The notes beneath the pieces are model-generated. The model made no database searches, was not told where the DNA came from, and saw only the letters and a program-made list of their open reading frames with translations. DNA of 63,834 nucleotides, filler included. It is 6 parts of 6 records of this genome, joined end to end, with 100 filler letters (N's around TTAATTAATTAA, not from the genome) between each part and the next. Parts side by side here need not be neighbours in the genome. Positions count along the whole stretch, not along the records: positions 48,754 to 58,364 come from DRR378314_1603; positions 58,465 to 63,834 come from DRR378314_1606; 4 more parts are not named here. One strand, written 5' to 3'. The translations under genes and the position numbers were made by a program. Below, one piece after another: positions 50,158 through 59,945 of this stretch (the stretch's first letter is position 1; each line of letters starts with the position of its first letter).

Positions 50158-50775
50158 TCAGTGCACGAACAGGGCGATCAGCAGCCAGGGCACGATCAGC
50201 CCCAGCGCGGTGACCGGCCAGGTGGCCGGCCGGCGTTTGGCGTGCAGCGCCATCAGCGCCAGGCCGGTCAGGGCGAACAGCAGCGTCGCCACCGCGAACA
50301 GGTCGATGAACCAGAACCACACGACGCCGCTGTGGCGGCCTTTGTGCAGGTCGTTGAAAAACGCCACCCAGCCCCGGTCGGTGTCTTCGTGGATCAGCTC
50401 GCCGTTACCCAGGTCGATGGCCAGCCAGGCGTCACCGCCGGGGCGCGGCTGGGCCAGATACACCTCGTCGGCGGACCACTGCGCGTCGCGCCGGTCCACC
50501 TGGATCTCCGCCTCCCGCGCCAGCCACCGGCGCACCGTTTCCGGCAGGGGGCCGCGTTCGGTTTGCGCCAGGGTCTCCAGCAACGGCGGCGGCAGCACCG
50601 CTTCGCGTTCGCTGATCACCGGTTGCGCATCGATGTCCGCGGCGTGGTTGAGGGTGATCCCGGTGACGCTGAACAGCACCATGCTGATCAGGCACAGGGC
50701 GGAGCTGATCCAGTGCCACTGGTGAAGTTGCTTGAGCCACCGGGCTTTGGTTTTTTTGTTCACGCGCTCCGCCAT
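50158..50775 (-). CDS. PepSY-associated TM helix domain protein
   Basis: HQWHWISSA...FSVTGITLNH, NDLHKGRHSG and FALTGL; conserved His residues typical of heme-binding PepSY_TM proteins. Confidence 0.9.
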   Translation of the reverse strand: MAERVNKKTKARWLKQLHQWHWISSALCLISMVLFSVTGITLNHAADIDAQPVISEREAVLPPPLLETLAQTERGPLPETVRRWLAREAEIQVDRRDAQWSADEVYLAQPRPGGDAWLAIDLGNGELIHEDTDRGWVAFFNDLHKGRHSGVVWFWFIDLFAVATLLFALTGLALMALHAKRRPATWPVTALGLIVPWLLIALFVH

Positions 50776-50802
50776 GCCTGCGAATCAGGCGATGGATGTT
50801 AT

Positions 50803-50817
50803 TGGGAATGATTCCCA
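50803..50817. promoter_or_regulatory. Fur-box-like 7-1-7 palindrome upstream of the PepSY_TM operon
   Basis: Perfect inverted repeat TGGGAAT-G-ATTCCCA. Confidence 0.65.
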
Positions 50818-50835
50818 TCCACAATGGAGCGGCGC

Positions 50836-50883
50836 GTAAAGAGTGTAAGGTTGTGGATTGATGGAATGATAATATTTACTATT
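50836..50883 (+). promoter_or_regulatory. OmpR-type direct repeat plus Fur box upstream of the response regulator
   Basis: GTAAA-GAGT-GTAAG at 50836-50849, a 15-nt gap, then AATGATAATATTTACTATT at 50865-50883 (15/19 to AATGATAATCATTATCATT). Confidence 0.7.
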
Positions 50884-50888
50884 TGCGA

Positions 50889-51638
50889 ATGAATGCCATA
50901 ACGACCTGCCCGTCGCGCCTGCTGGTGATCGAGGACGATCCCGTATTGAGCGCCGACCTGGGGGACTACTTCCGCGACCGCAATCACCGGGTCACGCTGT
51001 GCCGCGACGGCGGCGAGGGCCTGACCCTGGCCCGCGACGGCGATTTCGATCTGGTGCTGCTGGACATCCTGCTGCCCGGGCTGGACGGCCTGGCGTTGCT
51101 GGCCCGTTTGCGCGAAACCAGCCCGGTGCCGGTGATCCTGCTGTCCGCGCTGGGCGACGAACAGGACCGCATCACCGGCCTGGTGCGCGGCGCCGACGAC
51201 TACCTGCCCAAGCCGTTCAGCATGGCCGAGCTGGCGGTACGGGTGGCCGCCGTGCTGCGCCGGGTGGCGTTGGAGCGCGGCGCCGGCCAGCGGCCCCGCC
51301 AGGGCCCTCTGCGGCTGGACGGCCTGGCCCTGGATCTGGACACCGAAACCGCCCGCTACCGGGACCGGGCCCTGGACCTCACCGTCACCGAGTTCCGTCT
51401 GCTGCGGGTGTTCCTGGAGCAGAGCGACCAGGTGTTGAGCAAAGCCTTCCTCTACCAGACCGTGCTGCACCGCGGCTACGGGCGCCATGACCGCAGCCTC
51501 GACCTGCATGTCAGCCATCTGCGCCGCAAGCTGCGCGCCGCCGGCGTGCCCGGCCAGCCGCTGCGTACCGTCTGGGGGCAGGGCTATACGCTGGCCACCG
51601 AGGCGGCCGGCGCCGAGCCCTCCACGCCGGGCCCATGA
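50889..51638 (+). CDS. OmpR-family response regulator (PfeR/PirR-like)
   Basis: LVIEDD, LLDILLPGLDG and GADDYLPKPF; wHTH LTVTEFRLL...DRSLDLHVSHLRRKL...TVWGQGY. Confidence 0.93.
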   Translation: MNAITTCPSRLLVIEDDPVLSADLGDYFRDRNHRVTLCRDGGEGLTLARDGDFDLVLLDILLPGLDGLALLARLRETSPVPVILLSALGDEQDRITGLVRGADDYLPKPFSMAELAVRVAAVLRRVALERGAGQRPRQGPLRLDGLALDLDTETARYRDRALDLTVTEFRLLRVFLEQSDQVLSKAFLYQTVLHRGYGRHDRSLDLHVSHLRRKLRAAGVPGQPLRTVWGQGYTLATEAAGAEPSTPGP

Positions 51639-52999
51639 TTCCCGGCCGTCATTCCCTGTTCTGGAAGCTGGCGCTGCTGCTCTGCCTGAGCGCGGTGTTC
51701 ACCGTGGTGCTGAGCGGCTGGCTGTTGCGCACCGTGGGCGAGCAGGTGGTGCTGCTCGACGAGCCGGCCAAGGTGGTGATGCGCGAGTACGCCGCCCAGG
51801 CGGAGGACGCCTGGCACCGGGGCGGCGCCGAGGGGGTGTCGGCCTGGCTGCAGCAGCTGCGCCGCCGTGAGCCCGGCGACGCCATGGTGGTGGACGCCAG
51901 TGATCATTCGCTCAGTGGCCGGCCGCTCACCGAGAGCCAGCGCGCCGGCCTGCGCTTCCAGCGCGAGCTGGACTGGCGCATGAGCTTCCGGTCCACCTCC
52001 ATGCCCTATATCGGCGTGCCGTTTCCCGACAACCCGGAGGCGGGGCGGCTGGTGATGCAGTTGCCGCCGCGCTTTATGCCCGGGCGCAACTGGCCGCTGT
52101 GGCAGACCCTGCTGGTGGTGGTGCTGCCGGCGCTGCTGGCGATGCTCGCCGGCGGCCTGCTGTATTGGCGCACCATGGTGCCCCTGCGGCTGCTGCAGGC
52201 CCGGGTGCGGCGCTTCCAGGACGACCCGGAAGCGCGGGTGGGCCCGGGGCTGGCGGCGCGCCGGGACGAGTTCGGCGACCTGGGCCGGCGCTTCGACCGC
52301 ATGGCGGAGCGGGTGGCCCAGGTGCTCGGCAGCCAGCGCCAGCTGCTGCACGACATGTCCCACGAACTGCGCACGCCGCTGAGCCGCCTCAGTGTCGCCC
52401 TGGAAGGCGACCTCTCGGAGCAGGACCTGCGCCGCCGCGTGGCCCGGGAAGTGACCGCCATGCGCGAGCTGGTCTCGGACACGCTGTCGCTGGCCTGGCA
52501 CGACACCGAGCAGCGCGGCACCGCCACCGAACCGCTGTCGCCGCTGGCGGTGTGGGACCTGGTGGTCGACAACGCCGCCTTTGAAAGCGGCTGGCCGGCC
52601 CGCTGCTTTCCGTGCCGGCTGCCGGCCGACGCCCGCGTCGCCGGCAACCTCAACGATCTGGCCCAGGCGCTGGAAAATCTGGTGCGCAACGCGGTGCGCC
52701 ATTCGCCGCCGGAGGGCCCGGTGCGGCTGGACGGCCGCCGCGAAGGCGACTGCTGGCACCTGTGGATCAGCGACCGGGGCCCCGGCGTCCCCGACGACCG
52801 GCTGGACAGCATCTTCGAGCCCTTCGTGCGCCTGGACCAGGCGCGCTCCGCCGGCAGCGGCTTCGGCCTGGGGCTCAGCATCGCCCGCCGCGCGGTGCAC
52901 CGCCAGGGCGGCCGGATCTGGGCGGAGAACGGCCACCCCGGCCTGTGCGTGCACCTGAGCCTGCCGGCCGCCGCGGAAGTTCCCGCCGCGAACGTATAG
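51635..52999 (+). CDS. Sensor histidine kinase (PfeS/PirS-like)
   Basis: RHSLFWKL N-terminus, 2 TM helices, HAMP, H-box DMSHELRTPL, ENLVRNA, DRGPGV and GFGLGL. Confidence 0.93.
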   Translation: MIPGRHSLFWKLALLLCLSAVFTVVLSGWLLRTVGEQVVLLDEPAKVVMREYAAQAEDAWHRGGAEGVSAWLQQLRRREPGDAMVVDASDHSLSGRPLTESQRAGLRFQRELDWRMSFRSTSMPYIGVPFPDNPEAGRLVMQLPPRFMPGRNWPLWQTLLVVVLPALLAMLAGGLLYWRTMVPLRLLQARVRRFQDDPEARVGPGLAARRDEFGDLGRRFDRMAERVAQVLGSQRQLLHDMSHELRTPLSRLSVALEGDLSEQDLRRRVAREVTAMRELVSDTLSLAWHDTEQRGTATEPLSPLAVWDLVVDNAAFESGWPARCFPCRLPADARVAGNLNDLAQALENLVRNAVRHSPPEGPVRLDGRREGDCWHLWISDRGPGVPDDRLDSIFEPFVRLDQARSAGSGFGLGLSIARRAVHRQGGRIWAENGHPGLCVHLSLPAAAEVPAANV

Positions 53000-53041
53000 T
53001 TTGTAAATCCTCTTTATTTGCAAATAAGAATTACTATCATT
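52994..53041 (+). promoter_or_regulatory. OmpR-type direct repeat plus Fur box upstream of the TonB-dependent receptor
   Basis: GTATA-GTTT-GTAAA at 52994-53007, a 15-nt gap, then AATAAGAATTACTATCATT at 53023-53041 (15/19 Fur match). Confidence 0.72.
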
Positions 53042-53082
53042 CCGGACTCTGTTAACTGGATCGGACAAAAAGGAGTACCGGG

Positions 53083-55032
53083 ATGCGATTTGCGTTATGG
53101 GGTGCGGCCGCGCTACTGGCCACCGGGCCCGTGTTGGCGGAAAGCGGTGACGGCCACGAACTGGGGCAGGTGACGGTCACCGCGTCGGGGCACGCGCAGC
53201 AGCTGGAGGACGCGCCGGCCTCGATCAGCGTGATCACGCGCGAGCAGATCGAGCAGCGCTACTATCAGGACGCCACCGACGCGCTGCGGGATATTCCCGG
53301 GGTGATCATCACCGGCGGCGGCTCCGGCGATCGCGGCAACGACATCGTGATCCGCGGCATGCCCTCCCAGTACACCCTGATCCTGGTGGACGGTAAGCCG
53401 GTGTCCACCCGCGAAACCCGCCCCAACGGCAGTGCCGGTTTCGAGCAGGACTGGCTGCCGCCGCTGCAGTCCATCGAGCGGATCGAAGTGGTGCGCGGCC
53501 CCATGTCCACCCTGTACGGCTCGGACGCCATCGGCGGCGTGATCAACGTGATCACCCGCAAGGTGGCCGAGGACTGGGGCGGCGCGGTGCAGGTGGACAC
53601 CATCATCCAGGACGATTCCCGTTCCGGCGACATCCAGCAGGGCAACTTCAGCCTCAGCGGGCCGTTGCTGGCGGACACACTGGGCCTGCAGGTTTACGGC
53701 CGCGCCAGCAGCCGCCAGGAAGACCGTTTCGTGGACGGCTTCGAAGAGAAAAACCTGAAGAACCTCAACGCGCGCCTGTCGTTCACTCCCACCGACAACC
53801 AGGATTTCACCCTGGAGGCGGGGCAGACCAAGCAGGACCGCCGTTCCCTGATCGGCTACAGCGCGCCGGCCACCGGCTGCCGGGGCGGCTGCACCGATTC
53901 CGACAACGAATACACCCGCGAAGTGCTGGCTTTGAGCCACACCGGCCGCTGGGATTTCGGCACCACCGACTCCTACGTACAGCGCGAGGAAGCGGAAAAC
54001 CTGACCCGCGAGATGAAGGTCACCAACACCTCCGCGAAGACCGCTCTGGTAGCGCCGCTGGGCGACCACCTGCTCACCGTCGGCGCCAACTTCGAAAAAG
54101 AAGAGCTGTCCGACCGGACCTCCAACCAGATTTCCAACCGCACCGACGTGGACGCCTCCAAATGGGCGCTGTTCGCCGAGGACGAATGGATGCTGCCGGG
54201 CAACGTCTCGGTCACCGGCGGGGTCCGTCTCGACGACGACGAAAACTACGGCAGCCACGTGAGCCCGCGTCTGTACGGCGTGTGGGGCATGGCGCCGCGC
54301 TGGACTCTGAAGGGTGGGGTGTCCACCGGCTTCCGGTCGCCGTCGCTGCGTGAGATCACCCCGGACTGGGGGCAGGTGAGCCGGGGCGGCGACGTCTACG
54401 GCAACCCGGACCTGGAGCCGGAGACCTCGGTGAACAAGGAGCTGGGGCTGTACTTCAACGCCGGCCGCGATCTGCAGGCCAACGTCACCGTGTTCCACAA
54501 CGACTTCAAGGACAAGATCACCCGCATCGCCTGCCCGCCCAGCGTCTGCCCCGGCGGCCCCAACCAGTTCGGTTCCGACCCCACCTACCGGGTGAACGTG
54601 GACGAAGCGGTGACCCGGGGCGTGGAGGCCGCCGTGTCCACCACGCTGGCGCGCACCCTGGACCTGACGCTCAGCTACACCTACACCGATTCCGAGCAGA
54701 AGTCCGGTGAGTACAAGGGCGAGCCGCTCAACCAGGTGCCCAAGCATCTGGCCAGCCTGCAGGCGGACTGGCGCGTCACCGGCCGGTTGTCGCCCTGGCT
54801 GGCGGTGCGCTACCGCGGCGAAGAGAGCCAGCCCACCACCGGCCCGTCGAGCAGCAGCATCGTCGCGCCGTCCAACACCCTGGTGGACGCCGGCCTGGCC
54901 TTTAAGCTGACGCCCCAGGCCACGCTCAACACCGGCATCTACAACATCGCCGACAAGGAGATCTTCCAGGACGAGTACGGCTACGTGGAAGACGGCCGCC
55001 GCTACTGGCTGGGCATGCGCGTCAGCTTCTAA
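53083..55032 (+). CDS. TonB-dependent receptor, IrgA/CirA family (catecholate siderophore-type)
   Basis: TonB box VTVTASG, APASISVIT, IRGMPSQYTLILVDG, IERIEVVRGPMSTLYGSDAIGGVINVIT, GNPDLEPE and C-terminal GRRYWLGMRVSF. Confidence 0.93.
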   Translation: MRFALWGAAALLATGPVLAESGDGHELGQVTVTASGHAQQLEDAPASISVITREQIEQRYYQDATDALRDIPGVIITGGGSGDRGNDIVIRGMPSQYTLILVDGKPVSTRETRPNGSAGFEQDWLPPLQSIERIEVVRGPMSTLYGSDAIGGVINVITRKVAEDWGGAVQVDTIIQDDSRSGDIQQGNFSLSGPLLADTLGLQVYGRASSRQEDRFVDGFEEKNLKNLNARLSFTPTDNQDFTLEAGQTKQDRRSLIGYSAPATGCRGGCTDSDNEYTREVLALSHTGRWDFGTTDSYVQREEAENLTREMKVTNTSAKTALVAPLGDHLLTVGANFEKEELSDRTSNQISNRTDVDASKWALFAEDEWMLPGNVSVTGGVRLDDDENYGSHVSPRLYGVWGMAPRWTLKGGVSTGFRSPSLREITPDWGQVSRGGDVYGNPDLEPETSVNKELGLYFNAGRDLQANVTVFHNDFKDKITRIACPPSVCPGGPNQFGSDPTYRVNVDEAVTRGVEAAVSTTLARTLDLTLSYTYTDSEQKSGEYKGEPLNQVPKHLASLQADWRVTGRLSPWLAVRYRGEESQPTTGPSSSSIVAPSNTLVDAGLAFKLTPQATLNTGIYNIADKEIFQDEYGYVEDGRRYWLGMRVSF

Positions 55033-55036
55033 GCCC

Positions 55037-56806
55037 CTACACCGGCTCCGTGAAGCGGGTGAGGATCGCCCGCCAGCGGTCGTAGACGAAGAAATGGCCG
55101 CCGTCCGGCTCCAGGGTCAGGCGGCTGTTGGGCAGCCACTGGTCCAGCGCCAGGGCCTGGGCCACCGGCACCTGGCCGTCCCGCTCGCCGTGCCACAGAA
55201 ACACCGGCATGGTCAGCGCGGCGGCGTCCGGTTCCGGCGCCCGGGCCACCGCCCGCAGATCCTCCACGAAACCCTGGCAGCCGTTGCGGTAGGCCTCCTT
55301 GACCGCCTTAACGTAGGCGTCCCGGTGGCGCTGCTGGGCGAACACCGGCGCGTCCGCCGGGCTGGTGAAGGTGACGAAGCGGCGCAGGTGCTTGTCCGGG
55401 TTCTTGACAAGCCCCCGCGCCACCAGGTTGAGCACGTTCTCCATCAGGTCCGGCGCCCGGTCGGCCACGCCCACCACCATTCGGAACAGGCCGCGCATGG
55501 GGTCGGCGTCGCCGCTCAGGTGCGTGGGGCCCAGCGCCGACACCAGGCCCAGCCGCTGCACCCGGTCCCCCAGGCGGCTGGCGCAATGCAGGGCGAGAAA
55601 GCCGCCCAGGGAGTAGCCCAGCAAATGGAAGCGGTCAATGCCCAGGTGGTCGGTGAGCAGCTCCAGGTCGCTCACCAGGTCGTCGATGCTTCTGTCCTTG
55701 AGCGGGTCGGAAAGCCCGTAGCCGGCCCGATCCGGCACGATCAGCCGCAGGTTCAGCTCCTGCAGGATGTCGGCGCCGCCGGGTACTTCCAGCCGCGATC
55801 CGCGCACGCTGTGAAAGAAGATCACCGGGGTGCCGTCGGCGTTGCCGTACTGGTGGAAGCGCAGGGCGCGACCGTCCCGGGTGGTGAGCTGCCCGCCGCC
55901 GGTGCTGTCCAGGACCGGCAGGTCCAGTGGCGGTTCCGGGCGGGCCGCCGGCGCGCGCTCGGCGGGGCACGGCGCCAGCGGCGCCAGCCCGGACAGAATC
56001 ACCGACACCAGCTCCGCCTGGCGACCGGTGTCGGTCTTGCGGAACACCGACTTCAACTGCGCGCGCACCGTGGCCGGCGCCACCTGGGCGTCGTCGGCGA
56101 TGCGGTCCAGGGTGTGGCCGCTGACCAGGCCCTTGGCCACCTTGCTCTCCGCCGGGGTCAGGTCGTAAAGATCGCCCAGCAGCGTCTCGTCCACCAGGTT
56201 GTCCAGATTGGAGTGGGAGATGAACAGGGTGGCGGCGGGGCGCTCCGGGTCTTCCATGTCCACGGTGCGGCTCGGGCACACCAGCAGCGAGACGGTCACC
56301 CCGGTGGCCGGCTCGGTGAGCGGCAGGGCATGGTGGCTGCCCTGTTCCAGACAGCGGGCCAGGGCCTCGTGCAGCGCCTGATGCTGGCGGCGGTTGTTGA
56401 TGCGCAGGCGCCCCTGGTGGTTGCTGAGCACCTCGCTGTCGCTGAGCGCGCCGGCGGCGATGCGGTTGAGCGTGATGATATTGAGCTGGGCGTCCACCAC
56501 CGCGATACCGATGGGCAGGCGCTCCAGCGTGGCCACCGCCAGGTCCCGGGTTTCCCGGGTGCGCTCCATCTGCTCGCCGAGCCGCAGCGCCTGCTCCACA
56601 TGGGGCACCAGGGCGTCGAGCATGCGCCGCCGCCGGTTCGGTTGCTGGTAGAGCCGGTCATCCTCGAACGGGATGGCGGCTTCGCGGAGCAGGGCGGTCA
56701 TTTCCGCCCAGCGCTCCGGGTCCTGCGCGGCCTGGTACATCAACAGAGTCAGCGCCGACAGTTGTTCGGTATGGCGGGCGCTGTCGTCGCCCTGGTCTTC
56801 ATGCAT
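55037..56806 (-). CDS. PAS-like + LuxR-type HTH + alpha/beta hydrolase fusion protein
   Basis: PAS-like LERLPIGIAVVD; HTH YDLTPAESKVAKGLVSG...TVRAQLKSVFRKTDTGRQAELV; hydrolase PDRAGYGLS, GYSLGG, WHGERDGQVP and GGHF. Confidence 0.88.
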   Translation of the reverse strand: MHEDQGDDSARHTEQLSALTLLMYQAAQDPERWAEMTALLREAAIPFEDDRLYQQPNRRRRMLDALVPHVEQALRLGEQMERTRETRDLAVATLERLPIGIAVVDAQLNIITLNRIAAGALSDSEVLSNHQGRLRINNRRQHQALHEALARCLEQGSHHALPLTEPATGVTVSLLVCPSRTVDMEDPERPAATLFISHSNLDNLVDETLLGDLYDLTPAESKVAKGLVSGHTLDRIADDAQVAPATVRAQLKSVFRKTDTGRQAELVSVILSGLAPLAPCPAERAPAARPEPPLDLPVLDSTGGGQLTTRDGRALRFHQYGNADGTPVIFFHSVRGSRLEVPGGADILQELNLRLIVPDRAGYGLSDPLKDRSIDDLVSDLELLTDHLGIDRFHLLGYSLGGFLALHCASRLGDRVQRLGLVSALGPTHLSGDADPMRGLFRMVVGVADRAPDLMENVLNLVARGLVKNPDKHLRRFVTFTSPADAPVFAQQRHRDAYVKAVKEAYRNGCQGFVEDLRAVARAPEPDAAALTMPVFLWHGERDGQVPVAQALALDQWLPNSRLTLEPDGGHFFVYDRWRAILTRFTEPV

Positions 56807-56856
56807 TCGTCTTCCCCTCCCCAGGTTCCGAGCATGAAGCCATTGTGCACGTGAAC

Positions 56857-56888
56857 AGAAACGAAAGAACCCCGCCGTGGCGGGGTTC
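56857..56888 (-). terminator. Intrinsic terminator of the DUF4168 gene
   Basis: Hairpin GAACCCCGCC/GGCGGGGTTC at 56867-56888, followed on the minus strand by TTTCGTTTCT. Confidence 0.7.
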
Positions 56889-56926
56889 CAAGGGTCACGG
56901 CCCGGCGGTGCCGGGCGGAACCGGGC

Positions 56927-57361
56927 TTACATCTTTTCCTGAATACGCTCGCGCAGATCGGTGTCGTACTGCGCCAGCTGCGCGATCTGGTTGTATTTGC
57001 GCACGTCCAGGCCGGTCTCCTTCACCGCCTTGACCATTTCCTGCTGCGCTTCACGCTGCACGTCCATGGCTTTCTGCGGATCCTCGGAAGCCGCCTGAAC
57101 CTGGCTCTGGTACTCGCCTTTCACCTGTTCCACTTTGGCCTGGGCGTCGGCGAACTTCTTCACTTCCTCGTCGGTGATATCGGAAGCGTCACCCAGAGCC
57201 GGATTGGGTTGGCCCTGCGGCGCCTGCTGCGCCGGCGGTTGGCCCTGCTGAGCCGCGCCTTGCTGACCCTGTTGCTGGGGTGTGCCCTGCTGGGCGAAAG
57301 CGGCACCGGTCACGCCGGCGGCGAGAAGAAGAGCGGACAATGACATCAGAGGCTTTTTCAT
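56927..57361 (-). CDS. DUF4168 domain exported protein
   Basis: Signal peptide MKKPLM...AFA; Gln-rich linker; ITDEEVKKFA...MVKAVKETGLDVRKYNQI. Confidence 0.8.
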   Translation of the reverse strand: MKKPLMSLSALLLAAGVTGAAFAQQGTPQQQGQQGAAQQGQPPAQQAPQGQPNPALGDASDITDEEVKKFADAQAKVEQVKGEYQSQVQAASEDPQKAMDVQREAQQEMVKAVKETGLDVRKYNQIAQLAQYDTDLRERIQEKM

Positions 57362-57609
57362 GGAGCTTCTCCTATCCAATACAGTTTTAAGACGCGTTTC
57401 CCGATGCGTCCTGGCAGGTGTGACAGGAGGAAAGCCAAGAGTTTCTCCTTCAGGGGCATCAAATTGTGTAAAGCCGGGCAGGGCGCCCGCCATCGGCGCG
57501 TTATATTCCTTTATAGAATAAAAGTAGCACCATATATTTCTTTTAAATGGGATCAACGCCCTTATCATTGCCTACTCAGACGAAGTCAGGACAGAAGGAA
57601 AGGCACACC

Positions 57610-58320
57610 ATGGGTAACGCGCAGTTGATCACACGGGTCGGCAACAACAGCGCCGGTCTGTCCCGCGACGCCATCGATGACCTCAACCGGGAATACCGGG
57701 AGCTGGACTTCGAGGCGCGTATCCGCCGTGTCTATCAGGATTTCGCCCCGGACAAGATCATGGTGACTTCCTCGTTCGCGGCCACCTCCGCCTACTTCCT
57801 GCACATCATTTCCTCGATCCGCCCGGAACAGAAGATTCACTTCATCGACACCGGCTACCACTTCGAGGAAACCCTGGAGTACAAGGAATACCTGATCGAG
57901 CGCTTCAACCTGGACGTCATCGACCTGCGCGCCGACGAGCGCCAGCACCAGATCACCCAGGACGAACAGATGTGGCGCACTGATCCCGATCTGTGCTGCC
58001 AGGTGAACAAGGTCCAGCCCCTGGAAGACGCCAAGGAGCACTACGACCTGTGGATCTCCAGCCTGATGGGCTGGCAGACCGAGCATCGCGCCGGCCTGGA
58101 AGTGTTCGAAGAGCGCCGTGGCATGATCAAGTTCAACCCGATGATCGACGTCACCCGCGAGCAGCGCGACGCCTACATCGCCGACCACGACCTGCCGTTC
58201 CACCCGCTGGTCGAGGAAGGCTACCACTCCATCGGCTGCAGCCACTGCACCTGGAAAGGCGAAGGCCGCGAAGGCCGCTGGCAGGGCTCCTCGAAAACCG
58301 AGTGCGGCATCCACCTCTAA
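57610..58320 (+). CDS. cysH: Adenylylsulfate/phosphoadenylylsulfate reductase (4Fe-4S APS-reductase type)
   Basis: TSSF, IDTGYHFEET, LCCQVNKVQPL, HPLVEEGYHSIGCSHCT, REGRW and KTECGIH. Confidence 0.93.
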   Translation: MGNAQLITRVGNNSAGLSRDAIDDLNREYRELDFEARIRRVYQDFAPDKIMVTSSFAATSAYFLHIISSIRPEQKIHFIDTGYHFEETLEYKEYLIERFNLDVIDLRADERQHQITQDEQMWRTDPDLCCQVNKVQPLEDAKEHYDLWISSLMGWQTEHRAGLEVFEERRGMIKFNPMIDVTREQRDAYIADHDLPFHPLVEEGYHSIGCSHCTWKGEGREGRWQGSSKTECGIHL

Positions 58321-58338
58321 CCCTGACGCGGTGGGCCT

Positions 58339-58364
58339 GTGCGAGCGGGCCCCGCCCGCGAAAG
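58339..58364 (+). repeat. REP element (GTGC variant) at contig end
   Basis: GTGCGAGCGGGCCCCGCCCGCGAAAG. Confidence 0.8.
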
Positions 58365-58464
58365 NNNNNNNNNNNNNNNNNNNNNNNNNNNNNNNNNNNN
58401 NNNNNNNNTTAATTAATTAANNNNNNNNNNNNNNNNNNNNNNNNNNNNNNNNNNNNNNNNNNNN
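58365..58464. other. Artificial contig linker
   Basis: 44 N + TTAATTAATTAA + 44 N. Confidence 0.99.
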
Positions 58465-58490
58465 CTTTCGCGGGCAGGGCCCGCTCCCAC
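58465..58490 (-). repeat. GTGG-type REP element at contig start
   Basis: Minus strand reads GTGGGAGCGGGCCCTGCCCGCGAAAG. Confidence 0.85.
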
Positions 58491-58580
58491 AGCCGCTAAG
58501 ATTGGCCCGTGCGGACACTGCATTCACGAGGGGAACAGGCACTATGTGCACATTCCCATTGCCCGATGTAAGGAAACCCC

Positions 58581-59812
<1,232 letters not shown>

Positions 59813-59819
<7 letters not shown>

Positions 59820-59945
59820 AGGTGAACAGTGAACAGTTAATAGTTGAAAACAGTGCGTAGCAGACAGGTTTGCGTTTTCACAATAGCACCCTGCGTATCT
59901 ACAAAGGGCTTTAGCTATTCACTGTTAACTCTTAACTGTTAACTG
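59813..59945. repeat. Inverted pair of heptamer tandem arrays (5 x CAGT(T/G)AA-like units per side) around a 63-bp core
   Basis: Left 59813-59847: CAGTTAA AGGTGAA CAGTGAA CAGTTAA TAGTTGA. Right 59911-59945: TTAGCTA TTCACTG TTAACTC TTAACTG TTAACTG. Confidence 0.85.

Noticed and set aside
57200-57295. QQGQ/AQQ repeats in the DUF4168 gene
   Set aside because: A low-complexity protein linker, not a DNA repeat array or CRISPR.
58339-58490. Inverted REP pair forming a REPIN across the gap
   Set aside because: The two copies are on different contigs separated by the synthetic linker, so adjacency cannot be inferred.
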